Below, one piece after another: positions 1-11,843 of a stretch of DNA of 64,000 nucleotides. The stretch lies in NCBI GenBank assembly GCA_964016885.1, contig OZ024759.1, positions 18,786,001-18,850,000 on the forward strand, written 5' to 3'. Made by a program: the position numbers and the translations under genes. The number at the start of each line of letters is the position of its first letter. Position 1 is the stretch's first letter. The stretch comes from Eledone cirrhosa (Eukaryota). Under the pieces are notes generated by a model. The model was not told the DNA's origin, searched no databases, and saw only the letters and a list, made by a program, of their open reading frames with translations.

Positions 1-1179
1 GTGGCTGCTGGAGAGCAAGCGAATGGTTTTCAAATGATCGTGACTTGAGTAGGCAATGGGGAGACTTCAAAAAAGAAGACTGTACGCCGGTAAATTAACT
101 CTAGATGAAGATGTGGATGTAGTGGGGAAGACGTTACATTGTCGGCTCCGAACGACTTAAGATATGATTAGTTGTATATAGGACTCCTTCCGTTACATAC
201 AAAAGAATGATCGAAAACAACAGATTTAAGTATCACCTAAGAAATCCATTTTGACACACGATAACTCTTATTATAACCATCATATACAATTAAATACAGC
301 TGAGAGTGACATAACATGTTAATATTAAATTATAATCTAGCTTTGACCAAATCTAATGGGAGAAAATAACTAATTTATTGGAATTTTTGTACACATGTAA
401 GATCTGTCTTTTATTCATACATTGTTACAGCTCTGATAGGAAAACACTTATGACCTTGGATATGCCTTAAAACATTAGTCGCAGGTGTTTTCTAAAAGAA
501 ATCCAGTAGCGGCTGGAAAATATTTTAATGCATAATAAATATTATGTTATTCTTATATTATGCCATAAACCGCGTCTCTGATTGTATTTTCATTATCTTT
601 ATCCTTACGGGGTCGATTTAATTGTCTTTCCTCTTCCCCAAAATTGTTGACCTTTCTGGCTAACTCAGAAACTAATTTAAAATGGTTATAGTTGCGTCCA
701 TTTAAATTCTGTGTCCAAATCCCGCCGAGGTTAGTTTTGCCTTTCATCTTTACGAGGTTGATAAAATAAAGTACCAGCATCACACTGGGGTAGAATTAAT
801 TGACTTTCCTTTCCTTTAAAATTGCTGACCTTCTGCCTAAATCAAAGACCATTTAAAAACCAGGGTATAGTTGCGTCCTTTTCTCTTCTGAGTTCAAATC
901 TTGCAGAGGTTAGTTTTGCCTTTCATCCTTACGAGGTCGATAAAATAAAGTACCAGTATCGCACTGAGGTAGATTGAATCGACTTTCCCTTCATCCAAAA
1001 TTGTTGACTTTGTGTCTAGATCAGAAACCATTTCATAAAAGGGATGGTGGATTGGTAGTATCGGTAGAGCGTCTGCCATCACGCTTTGAAACACGGTGTT
1101 GATAGTATGAGATACCGGAAAGGAAATAGTTAAGAAATAAATAGGAAGATTGTTTCTGTCACTTGCATAACTGTCTCAG

Positions 1180-1620
1180 TGGGTTTGAGTTTGTCACACT
1201 TGATTTCAAAAATAATCAGCTTATAATTAATTCTCCTTGAAGTATAAGATAGTAAGAGGGAGACTTCTTGTAAGGAAAGATGTGTAATTGTGTTGCCTTG
1301 ATTAAGCAACATAATCCAGATGGGTGCAGGGTCGATAATAGCAGAGAGAGCCTAGACTTAGAGAGGAGAATGAATTGTAGTGTGTTTGGAGTGTGAGAGT
1401 GACCAAAAAAGGATATTGACATGATTATCGGACACTAATTGATGCAGAGAACTCGGAATAACGAAGATATAACAACAGCGTCTGTGTTGTAGGAATACAT
1501 GACAGAGGAAAAGCTTTTTACATTGGAATCACTGATAGATTGTAAAGAATAGAGAATTGAGATAGCAATCTTCAATAAGAAACGTGTGACAATAAAATAA
1601 CCGATGCTGAATGAGAAGAG
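1180..1620 (-). pseudogene. Possible highly decayed CR1-like LINE 3' end
   Basis: Faint similarity to CR1 C-terminal blocks (LQS.S....SS..Y.Y; NY.SF..R; Y.L..FK..V) across frameshifts. Confidence 0.3.
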
Positions 1621-1769
1621 ATTACTTGACTGTACAGACAGCTGTTAAGGCAACGAATTGGCAGAGTCTTTATAACGTCGATATTTGTTCTGGTTGTCTG
1701 CGCTCTCTGAGCTCAAATTCCACCGAGGTCAACTTTAACTCGTACTTACATACGTACGTACATACATAT

Positions 1770-2124
1770 ATGCCTGTGATTATTGGGACACTGGGGTATG
1801 TTAGTAACAGCCTCAATACAAATCTTGAGAAGCTAGGCTTCACAGGAACAGAAAGAACACAACTAGTTAGGAAATTACAAGTACAATCCATTAATGGGAC
1901 AGTAAAAATATGTAAAACATTCCAAAAATGTTGCATCTAATAACTGCATATACACATGTACAGATACAAAGCATATACACATGCACACATACAACTCAAA
2001 ACATACACATCCACACATACAATAACATCCATATCTACACATTCCAATGAGAGAGTCTTGTGTCAATGTTAGAAACTGACTCTCTCTATTGGTAAAACTT
2101 TGTGAAATTATAAAACCAGAAAAA
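1770..2124 (+). mobile_element. 5'-truncated 3' end of a second, diverged R4/Dong family
   Basis: MPVIIGTLGYV...LGF...KLQ...GTVKICKTF aligns by eye with the C-terminus of the 2848 ORF (IPIIIGATGYI...LGF...SLQ...GTFKICKTF); ends CAGAAAAA|CATA; TACA-like sequence on both sides. Confidence 0.85.
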
Positions 2125-2212
2125 CATACATACATACATACATACATACATACATACATACATACATACATACATACATACATACATACATACATACATA
2201 CATACATACATA

Positions 2213-5200
2213 AAATGGCGACCGTTGTGGTCAGTGTCCGATAATCGGACGTGTGTAATTACGGCTTACATGAAGGCAACATACCATATATTCGAAAAAG
2301 TTGAGCTACATTACGCGGTAAGATTACATACAATAATTCTACATAAGTGTTTGAACTGTAAGTGTGTTGTAAAACACCTATTTATATGAACGATACATAC
2401 ACTTATGATATATGAACGATACATACACTTTAACATATAAATGCAACGTTGTTATATTACATTTATAAAGAAATATACAAGTAATGTTTTCGATTCAGAA
2501 ACAAAAATATAAGTGTTTGAACTGTGAATATGTTGTGAATAAGTTGTAGAACACCTATTTATATGAATGATACATAAACTTTAACATATAAATACCGCGT
2601 TGTTATATTATATTACATTCATAAAGGAATATACTAAGTAACGGTTCTTTTTGTTCTCGATTCAAACGATTCAAGAACAACGTTTAAAACACAGTTGTAG
2701 AATTAAAAACTAACTGAAAAGAAATATTACCCAAGCTGTGAATAACTTTAAATTTGATTCTGACAGAACTTTGTCGTAACTTTTAAAGAAGATCATCGAC
2801 TATTTTGAAAAATAAATACGAAATATTAGTGAATAGACGAACTCATCATGGCAAAAAGTACAAGTCTCCTTCGACCAAATCGCAACTACAACCGTTGTAC
2901 ACAGTGGAGCTACGAGCTTAACAAAGTATTATATGAAGCATACAAGCAATCTGAACCCCAAAAGTTCGGTTTTATGCAAAGGCTAAAAACTTTATGGAAC
3001 TCCAAACACCCAGAATTAGACTTTTCTCCAAAGCATTTAAATGAACAGGCAAAACGTATCATTAGATGTAAATTGATACATCTAACGGAATTGAGTGATA
3101 CTACAAATACAGCCCTTGTAGGCAACCACCCCACCTCCACTGACAGACAAATAGAATGGCCAGCTAAATCTAACAGTGAACAGCTCATCAACAATTTTGC
3201 TGAAATCCATCCCGCTTCCACTGAAGAACAGCGAGAAAGGTCAGCTGACTCTAGTAGTAATTGTCACCACATCAACAACGAGGCTGAAATTCATGACTCT
3301 ACTGAACAAACAGAGCACCAAAAACTTGTGGGCTCCCTACAAGTGATATGGAACGATATGTTTCAAGAGATACACAGCCTTAATGTGAGTGACAGACCAT
3401 ACAACACTAGAGTCAGTAAAGAACCCACTAAATTGGAATTGGAAGCGGTGAACGAAATAGCTGGCAGTTATCTGAAGGCTATACGATCTAAAGGTGTAGA
3501 AACGACATTTGAAACGCTTAATGTTTTGTTATATGTTTCAGCTGTCACATTGCTATCATATAACAGACATCTAAAACCACGCAATCAAGATACAAGCAGA
3601 AAACCTGAACCAGCGTGGATGCGAAATTTAAAATCCAAAATTTTGTCCCTGAGACGAAGTATCTCACACATCGCAGTCGTTATGAAATGCAACATAGAGA
3701 GCAACTTCACACGACACCAGGAAGACCTAAAGAAAAAGTTAGAGAGACGATTTGGAGATACAAAATTTAAAACTTTGAACTCCAAATTACACCAGTTGAA
3801 ACAACAACTCACAGCTACAACAGAAAGACTGAAATATAAATCAACAGCACATAAACGACAAGTGCTAAATAGATTGTTTGCCAGAGATCCTAAATCAGTT
3901 TATCGCAGCTTCGGTGGCAAAAGCTCAATCTCTGTAAATGACACCCCTTCAAAAGAACAGGTTGAGAGCTACTGGAGATCTGTATGGGAAACGGATGACG
4001 GATTCAACAGACAAGCTAATTGGCTAAAAGAACTGGAACAGGACTACTGCCAACATGTCCAGACAAAACAATATGACATAGATGGGTCAATACTGGAAAC
4101 AGCTCTACAGAAAAAGTCGAATAGGAAATCGCCAGGCCCAGACCTCATTACAGGATACTGGTTGAAGAATTTCACTTTCTATCGGCAAGATCTCATACGG
4201 CTGTTTACAGAAACCATTAAGGGCACACAAGAACTGCCCAGATGGTTATCAACTGCCTCTACTCTCCTCATTCCCAAAAATAGCCAAACCACCCTTGCTA
4301 AAAACTACCGCCCAATTGCCTGCCAAAACATCATGTATAAATTATATACTGGGTGCCTTAACCTGTTCTTACAGGATCACTGTGCTACCAACAACATCAT
4401 AACACCTGAGCAAGCTGGTGGAAAGAGGGAGGTGTGGGGTTGCATAGATCATCTACTAACTAACAAAATGATTCAGGAAAAAACAACAAAGAATCGCAGA
4501 AACATGACTGTCGTGTGGCTGGACTATCAAAAAGCATTTGATAGTGTACCTCATGGGTGGATTGTTAAGGCCTTACAGTTAGCTAAAGTCCCACAACCAT
4601 TGGTAGCTGCTGTTGAACGCCTGACCAAGAGCTGGTACACCAGTTTGATCCTTAGAGGTGAGAAGGAGCAGGTTAAGACTGATAAGATACATTACCAGAA
4701 GGGCATCTTTCAGGGTGATAGCTTGTCAGTGCTACTCTTCGTTCTCTCACTGAATCCACTATCTTACCTACTCAGGAAACAAGGTGGACAAAGAAGTGGG
4801 CCCAGAAGTATCTCCCATCTTTTCTTTGTTGATGACCTGAAGTTGTATGGGCCAAATATCAATGACATCAAGAAACAATTGGACCTCATTACACAATTTT
4901 CAACCGACATCAAAATGAAATTTGGTGAGTCCAAGTGTGCATATTTGGCAGTAAAACGTGGAAGAGCTGTGCCCTCCTCTAGAAATCTAGAGATGAACGG
5001 CCTGACAATACAACCTCTGCAGTCAGGTGACAACTACAGATATCTTGGACAGGATGAGAATGTCAGATATGATGGACCCATAAATAAGGAGAGAACCAGA
5101 ACTGAATACCTCAGAAGAGTAAAGAAAATATGGTCATCAGAACTGTCAGCATACAACAAATACATTGCCCACAATACTTACGCTGTGCCAATTCTAACGC

Positions 5201-6437
5201 CAACATTTGGCCTACTGAACTGGTCATTGCAAGAACTAAGTGAGATGGATGTTAGAACTCGAAAACTTCTCAGTGTTACTGGGAACTTTAACATCAATGG
5301 TGATGTGGATAGGCTATACTTCTCACGCAAGGAAGGTGGCCGGGGTCTAAAATCAATATTAACAACATATGAGACCCGGATAGTAACACTGAAGCAACAC
5401 CTTCAACAGAGGAAAAAGGTTGGCAACCATCTTGCCCAGGTTTATGACCATGAAAAAAGAAATATCATTAGAATAGCGACTGATCTGGAGGAGAGATATG
5501 GAATAAAGCCTGATATAAATCTCTCACCCAGAGAAATCGGAAGATCCTATTCAATGTTCAAACAATATGAAAAAATTGACCAATTTACAGAAAAAGTTGT
5601 GCATGGATACTTGAGGCGTAAAACACAGACCATAGAGGGGATAAATCACTCAAAAAGCCTGGCATGGAGTTCCGACAAGTTTATGACATCACACCTTGAG
5701 GGATATCTCTATGCAATACAGGAACAAGAACTCCCTACCAAATATCTGCTGCACAAAAGAGGAGGGCCAGCAGCTGACAATAAATGTAGGCTATGTAAAA
5801 CAAAGATCGAGGATGTAAGCCACATTGTTGCCAGCTGCGAAAGAATGTCATCTCGCTACTACCTCCCCATGAGACACGATGGGATAGCTAGAACCATCTG
5901 GAACGCACTTCGGAAAACAAAATTAACAACAAACGAGGAAGAATATATTGAGACAGATGGCACTAAGGAATACTGGTGGAACCTGAAAATAAAAACTGCC
6001 ACCAAATTAAAGCACAACCGGCCTGATATTGTAGTTTGGGACCACACATTGAAAACGTGTTCTGTTGTAGAGATCAGCTGCCCACTTGATGTAAACGTTG
6101 TCAGAAAAATACAGGAGAAGGAGGACATCTACGGACCATTGATGAGGAGTTTACAAATCCAGTATCCAAAATACACCTTTAGCTTCATACCCATCATTAT
6201 TGGTGCTACGGGTTATATACCAACCCGCTTGGACCAAAGTATGACTGAACTTGGATTTGCGGACAAAAAGCGCAGCTCCCTAATTCATAGTCTACAAATG
6301 GCTGCGATAGCTGGCACCTTCAAAATTTGCAAAACATTCTTGCGATTCAAGGGATGACAATTTCTTTTCTTTTACAACCTTGCCACCAGGAAGGTGGCCG
6401 GTCAAAAAATATACTCGAAATTAAGAGAAAGAGAAAA
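2213..6437 (+). mobile_element. Full-length R4/Dong-like LINE inserted in a (TACA)n microsatellite
   Basis: (CATA)n at 2125-2212 upstream and 6438-6456 downstream; 635-nt 5' UTR; short 3' UTR ending GAGAAAA directly before CATA. Confidence 0.88.
2848..6357 (+). CDS. R4/Dong-clade non-LTR retrotransposon polyprotein (Myb-like, reverse transcriptase, CCHC knuckle, restriction-like endonuclease), intact 1169 aa
   Basis: N-terminal W..ELN..LY..Y....GFM..L...W Myb-like block. RT motifs PGPDLI, YRPIAC, WLDYQKAFDSVPH, GIFQGDSLS, HLFFVDDLKLY, GGRGL. C-terminal CRLC...HIVASC, RHD, NRPDIVVWD...VEISCP...K (PD-(D/E)xK). Confidence 0.95.
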   Translation: MAKSTSLLRPNRNYNRCTQWSYELNKVLYEAYKQSEPQKFGFMQRLKTLWNSKHPELDFSPKHLNEQAKRIIRCKLIHLTELSDTTNTALVGNHPTSTDRQIEWPAKSNSEQLINNFAEIHPASTEEQRERSADSSSNCHHINNEAEIHDSTEQTEHQKLVGSLQVIWNDMFQEIHSLNVSDRPYNTRVSKEPTKLELEAVNEIAGSYLKAIRSKGVETTFETLNVLLYVSAVTLLSYNRHLKPRNQDTSRKPEPAWMRNLKSKILSLRRSISHIAVVMKCNIESNFTRHQEDLKKKLERRFGDTKFKTLNSKLHQLKQQLTATTERLKYKSTAHKRQVLNRLFARDPKSVYRSFGGKSSISVNDTPSKEQVESYWRSVWETDDGFNRQANWLKELEQDYCQHVQTKQYDIDGSILETALQKKSNRKSPGPDLITGYWLKNFTFYRQDLIRLFTETIKGTQELPRWLSTASTLLIPKNSQTTLAKNYRPIACQNIMYKLYTGCLNLFLQDHCATNNIITPEQAGGKREVWGCIDHLLTNKMIQEKTTKNRRNMTVVWLDYQKAFDSVPHGWIVKALQLAKVPQPLVAAVERLTKSWYTSLILRGEKEQVKTDKIHYQKGIFQGDSLSVLLFVLSLNPLSYLLRKQGGQRSGPRSISHLFFVDDLKLYGPNINDIKKQLDLITQFSTDIKMKFGESKCAYLAVKRGRAVPSSRNLEMNGLTIQPLQSGDNYRYLGQDENVRYDGPINKERTRTEYLRRVKKIWSSELSAYNKYIAHNTYAVPILTPTFGLLNWSLQELSEMDVRTRKLLSVTGNFNINGDVDRLYFSRKEGGRGLKSILTTYETRIVTLKQHLQQRKKVGNHLAQVYDHEKRNIIRIATDLEERYGIKPDINLSPREIGRSYSMFKQYEKIDQFTEKVVHGYLRRKTQTIEGINHSKSLAWSSDKFMTSHLEGYLYAIQEQELPTKYLLHKRGGPAADNKCRLCKTKIEDVSHIVASCERMSSRYYLPMRHDGIARTIWNALRKTKLTTNEEEYIETDGTKEYWWNLKIKTATKLKHNRPDIVVWDHTLKTCSVVEISCPLDVNVVRKIQEKEDIYGPLMRSLQIQYPKYTFSFIPIIIGATGYIPTRLDQSMTELGFADKKRSSLIHSLQMAAIAGTFKICKTFLRFKG

Positions 6438-6456
6438 CATACATACATACATACAT

Positions 6457-7062
6457 GGTAGCTGCCAACTCGTTTTCGAGTACGGCCACTACTTTATATC
6501 CATGTAGGAGAACCCCTACCAATGCGCTGAACGAGTGTGACTTTTTAGTCCAGCCAGCGACTTGAAAACTCTGGTACAGACACTACACCTGTGACAATTA
6601 TTGACACATAGTGCTGGGCCCATGGTACCATGTGACGACAAGTGCAGAGAGATCTCCAGATATAAAGCAATGCCTGTGCCGTGAAGCTTTTATAGTGAGC
6701 AAAGGCACTGCACAAAGCCAGTCCCACTCTCTTAACCAAGATGATATTTACCAAAAAGAAGAACAAGTCAACATCATTGGATACCATCAGGGTTGTAGGT
6801 GTTATATCAGAGTTTTCCTTCTCCTAGAATTCTGCCTTGACAAAGGCTAAGGGGTCATCTCTCCCGTTGATTTTGGATGGCCATTGACTCTTAAGAGCTC
6901 CTTTACCTTTTGACAGGTTTTGTTTTTAGTCCTGCAGGATGTCCAAAGTCACGCTCCTCACCAAGAAACCTTGGTAGGGTTGCCAGTTTAGTCGCCAACG
7001 ACCCGACCATGAGACAGGTTGTACTGGATACATGTTACCAGTTGCACCAACTGGTGACCTGA
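6457..7062 (-). mobile_element. Non-autonomous RTE-derived retroelement (~605 bp), copy 1
   Basis: Near-identical copies at 19421-20011 and 40638-41244. RTE-type 5' UTR motif CTAGGAGAAGGAAAACTCTGA; remnant C-terminal C2H2-like segment; 3' hairpin CTCG-AAAA-CGAG followed by (ATGT)n tail. Confidence 0.8.
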
Positions 7063-7127
7063 CATACATACAGACATACGTACATATATACATACATACG
7101 TACGTACATACATATATACATACGTAC

Positions 7128-7390
7128 CCTTTAGCTTCATACCCATCATTATTGGTGCTACGGGTTATATACCAACCCGCTTGGACCAAAGTATGACTGA
7201 ACTTGGATTTGCGGACAAAAAGCGCAGCTCTCTAATTCATAGTCTACAAATGGCTGCGATAGCTGGCACCTTCAAAATTTGCAAAACATTCTTGCGATTC
7301 AAGGGATGACAATTCCTTTTCTTTTACAACCTTGCCACCAGGAAGGTGGCCGGTCAAAAAAATATACTCAAAATTAAGAGAAAGAGAAAA
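7128..7390 (+). mobile_element. 5'-truncated, near-identical copy of the last ~260 nt of the full-length R4/Dong element
   Basis: Matches ~6176-6437 with only a few substitutions; embedded in TACA repeats. Confidence 0.92.
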
Positions 7391-7986
7391 CATATATACA
7401 TAGAGAAAAAACAGATGTACTGACAGGTAGGCAGAGGTATATTACATTTAAATTTGTTAAAGTATTTTTGTATTTAGTTACATTATATTACATTTTTTGT
7501 CAATAATAAACTTCAGCTTCATTTGAAATCGAGTAAAAGTTGGTAGTATGTACCATGCTTTCATGAGAAAGAGGTATAGATAAGTCGTACCTGTAACTGA
7601 AAGGGTTAGACTTGTCCCACACTTATGCCATGCTGAATCTCCCTGAGAACTACGTCAAGGATACACGTGTCTGTAGAATGTACAGCATCTTGCATCTGAA
7701 TTTCATGAGCAGCCAGTTCTGTCGTGCGAACAATTGGAACACTCTGTCAGAATCGACAGAGGTCCAACACATGTACATGCACAAACATACACAGATACAA
7801 ACACACACATACGCGCACACACAGAGACAAACACACACACATAAACACACATAAACACACACACACACACACACACACGAACACACACAAACATACACAT
7901 TCGCGCAAATAAACACACACACACATTAGTAACAAAAGTGAGAGTGTATCATAGTGTATTTCTTCATTTCCCACCCTCATTAGAGA

Positions 7987-8440
7987 GTGGTTCCTCTCCC
8001 CTGGCGTTACTAAGGGTCAGGGAACATGGACAATTGCATTGGCTCCCTAGTGGATGCTCTCCCTTGGCGTTACTAAGGGTCAGGGAACATGGACAATTGC
8101 ATTGGCTCCCTAGTGGATGCTCTCCCTTGGCGTTACTAAGGCTCAGGGAACATGGACAATTGCACCAATGCTCCCCAGTGGATGCCCTCTCTTGGCGTTA
8201 CCGAGGTTCAGGGAACATGGACAATTGCACCAATGCTCCCCAGTGGATGCCCTCTCTTGGCGTTACCGAGGTTCAGGGAACATGGACAATTGCACCAATG
8301 CTCCCCAGTGGATGCCCTCTCTTGGCGTTACCGAGGTTCAGGGAACATGGACAATTGCACCAATGCTCCCCAGTGGATGCCTTCCCTTGGCGTTAGCGAG
8401 GGTCAGGGAACATGGACAGATGGATGAATGCCCTCCAGTG
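7987..8440. repeat. Minisatellite, ~7 units of 63-65 bp
   Basis: GGGAACATGGACA recurs at 8020, 8083, 8146, 8211, 8276, 8341, 8406 with no unique spacers. Confidence 0.95.
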
Positions 8441-8760
8441 GCTCCCCTTCCTCACCTCAACTGTACACTCTTTCACCGTTCTTCCCATACAATACCTGAT
8501 GTCGTCACTCCAGTGTCTCCTTGGTCTTCCTCTCGATCTTCTATTCTGCTATTGATGTGTCTTTCCAGAATATGAGTGCAAAAGTCCTGGACCCTGATGA
8601 CATGGCCAAAGTATTATAGCTTTTGCCTTCCTTATGGGCGCAATTTCCTCTCTGTTCCTATTCCCCCAATGACTGAGTTGGTATTGAGCATTTAGTGTGT
8701 GTACTATTGTGTTGGTAGATGAGATTCAGAGATTTCAGCAGAGTCAACGCTGAGTCTCAT
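8441..8760 (-). pseudogene. Decayed RTE (BovB-like) ORF C-terminal fragment
   Basis: Minus strand reads, with frameshifts, RQKL*YFGHVIR...HILE...GRPRRHWSDDIR, typical of the RTE post-RT region. Confidence 0.7.
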
Positions 8761-8847
8761 TGCTGTTTAATTTAATTAATGTTTACGGCTTCAGTTAGAT
8801 ATAATCCAATTTAAAACAAATAGAATAATCACTATGTACGTGTTATC

Positions 8848-8849
<2 letters not shown>

Positions 8850-8945
<96 letters not shown>

Positions 8946-9074
8946 TGTATATATGTATATACATATGTGTGTGTGTGTATATATGTATATATATATGTAT
9001 ATATATATATTTATATATACATATATATATATACATATATAAACACACACATATATATATACATATATATGTAT

Positions 9075-9121
<47 letters not shown>

Positions 9122-9477
9122 AATATAATTATATATGTATATATATATATGTATATATATATATATAAATATTTATATATATGTATATACAATATATATA
9201 AATATAATTATATATGTATATATATATATGTATATATATATAAATATTTATATATATGTATATACAATATATATATATATGTATATACAATATATATATG
9301 TATATATGTATATATATATATATGTATATATATAAATGTATATATATATGTATATATATAAATGTATATATATATATATATAAATATATAAATGTGTGTG
9401 TGTGTATGTGTGTGTGTATATATATATGTGTGTGTGTATGTATATATATATATAAATATATATATGTATATATATAA

Positions 9478-9561
<84 letters not shown>

Positions 9562-9590
9562 TATATATATACATGTTTATATACACACAC
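8850..9590. repeat. (TA)n/(TG)n compound microsatellite, representative of dozens of such tracts (e.g. 10383-10675, 12750-13285, 17095-17860, 22531-22783, 29431-29785, 33610-35660, 36250-36740, 39790-40160, 59165-59875, 61852-62335)
   Basis: Read directly. Confidence 0.95.
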
Positions 9591-9665
9591 ATTCTAACAA
9601 CTCTGAAAATTCGCCACTGCCACTACCGCCATTACTACTAACACAACCATAACTACTACCACTAT

Positions 9666-9712
<47 letters not shown>

Positions 9713-10381
9713 TTGTTGCTGCTGCTGCATATGCAGTCACACTTACAAGTGTATGTTTACTGTATATGTTAACAGTTTATACGAACATGTATTTTTTAAT
9801 CACACTCACAAGAAACATGTATTATATATTAACACAAAGAAATGTGGAAAATGAAAAGAAAAAAATAAGAAAAAGAAAGAGACGGACACGAAGTGATTCT
9901 TTGACGACATTACTGTATTACCTAAATTAAAATCTCACTTATCATTAATTAAAATATTTTAACAAGTTTTATATCACCACAGTGACGCACGTAACAAATT
10001 TGATTTACGGCTCATTATTTAACCAGTCTACTTTGTCTTTCATCCTTACGGGGTCGATAAAATAAAGTACCAGTAATGCACTGGGTAATTTGCTGGCCTT
10101 GTGCCTAACGTAGAAACAATTATTTAACCAGTCTACGTCACCCGCTTTGTTTTACTCCACTGTAACGTCCTCACTTATGTATTGTATATTCATATGAGGC
10201 TAGTATAATCAATAATGAAAGATGGTGGATGATAAATTCAACTACAAAGGAAATTCTCTTTTTTTTCCCCACGCATATAAAATATCGCTGGAGATTGAGA
10301 CTTCAAAAACACTTTGATGAAAATGATATTTGTTCCTTTCAAAAGATATATCGGTGTTATGTAACGATACAAAATTACCTC

Positions 10382-10468
<87 letters not shown>

Positions 10469-10555
10469 TATATATATTTATATATATATTATATATATTA
10501 TATATATATTTATATATATATTATATATATATTTATATTATAAATATATATTATA

Positions 10556-10610
<55 letters not shown>

Positions 10611-10619
10611 GTGTATATG

Positions 10620-10677
<58 letters not shown>

Positions 10678-11265
10678 TAGATGTAGATATATATATAAAC
10701 AGATGGATGATGTTTTACGGTAGATAACTATGATTAACGGTATCGAAATCGTATATTTCAGATACATATGTTTATCTTTTCTTCTTTCTGTCGAGTCTTC
10801 GTTTCTCTTTTCTTCAAAGCGCCTGGCAACGGTGAATTTGAAATTAGAATAAGTTGTCACAGAATTAGTGTAATTAAGATCTTACTGTTCTTACTGCCAC
10901 CTTGTGTGTCCACTTACTATCCTAACAGTCAAATGTCTTATATTCAACAGGATGCAGCCTTTAAAAGCACATCTGCTTCCCAATTTGGTATCATTCCAAA
11001 ACTATTTTATTTGTCTTAACGTAATTTTCAGGTAGATTTAACGGGCATGGCTTCCAAAATAACGTTTACTGGCCAATTTCACTCACAAGGCCTGAATATA
11101 TCAATAGTGGCCTGAATATAAGCCAAATAGAGGCATGAAACCTAGAAGCAAACTGGATTGTGAAGCGGCCATCACGGCCATCACTGAAAGACTTATCAAC
11201 GAAATCGATGCGCATGACTCCATTCAATCTATATTACTATATATAAAAACAGTAATTACATTATT

Positions 11266-11843
11266 TCGTTTCTGAATTTGTTTAGCAAGATTCTTTATCT
11301 AAAATCGTGTGTTGAAACCGATATTGTTATACTTTGGGAGGGTCATGTTGCCAATAAGAAACACACGCACCAGTTGCTTTCACTTCAATTTATTATATAT
11401 TTATAAATTTATAAATCTACAAATCTACAAACTTATAAATTTCTGGTTGGTTGGTTGGTTCCACAACCAGATAGTTGTTTATATATAGTCATAGTCCTTT
11501 CGTCACACACTCTGTGACCTCTTCAGTGACTGGGGATTCCTTTCTTTGTTTCTGTGCCTTTCCTTTTTTCTGTCCTACGCCATTTTGTTTTGGAAACAAA
11601 ATGGCGTAGGACAGAAGAAAGAAAGGAATCCCCAGTCACTGAAGAGGTCACAGAGTGTGTGACGAAAGGACTATGACTATACATAAACAACTATCTGGTT
11701 GTGGAACCAACCAACCAACCAGAAATTTATAAGTTTGTAGATTTGTAGATTTATAAATTTATAAATATATAATAAATTGAAGTGAAAGCAACTGGTGCGT
11801 GTGTTTCTTATTGGCAACATGACCCTCCCAAAGTATAACAATA
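11266..11843. mobile_element. Palindromic Penelope-like pLTR insertion (inverted pair plus tail) with 15-bp target-site duplication
   Basis: Arms 11322-11590 and ~11594-11843 are reverse complements; AGTAATTACATTATT at 11251-11265 and 11843-11857; hammerhead in each arm; 56-nt one-sided extension. Confidence 0.8.
11634..11678 (+). ncRNA. Minimal type-I hammerhead ribozyme (mirror copy at 11487-11531, -)
   Basis: AGUCA-CUGAAGA-G-GUCACA(GAGUG)UGUGAC-GAAA-GGAC-UA-UGACU; stem I AGUCA/UGACU. Confidence 0.75.

Noticed and set aside
7987-8440. Regularly spaced repeats resembling a CRISPR array, and overlapping 152-aa ORFs
   Set aside because: No unique spacers, no cas genes, eukaryotic context; the ORFs are tandem-repeat translations
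8791-9652. YI/CV/HT-repeat ORFs here and throughout the window
   Set aside because: Translations of (TA)n, (TG)n and (TACA)n microsatellites
10308-10358. Hammerhead-like AACACU-UUGAUGA...AAAA-GAUAUA-UC-GGUGUU
   Set aside because: G12 lost and stems II/III poor; at most a decayed relic
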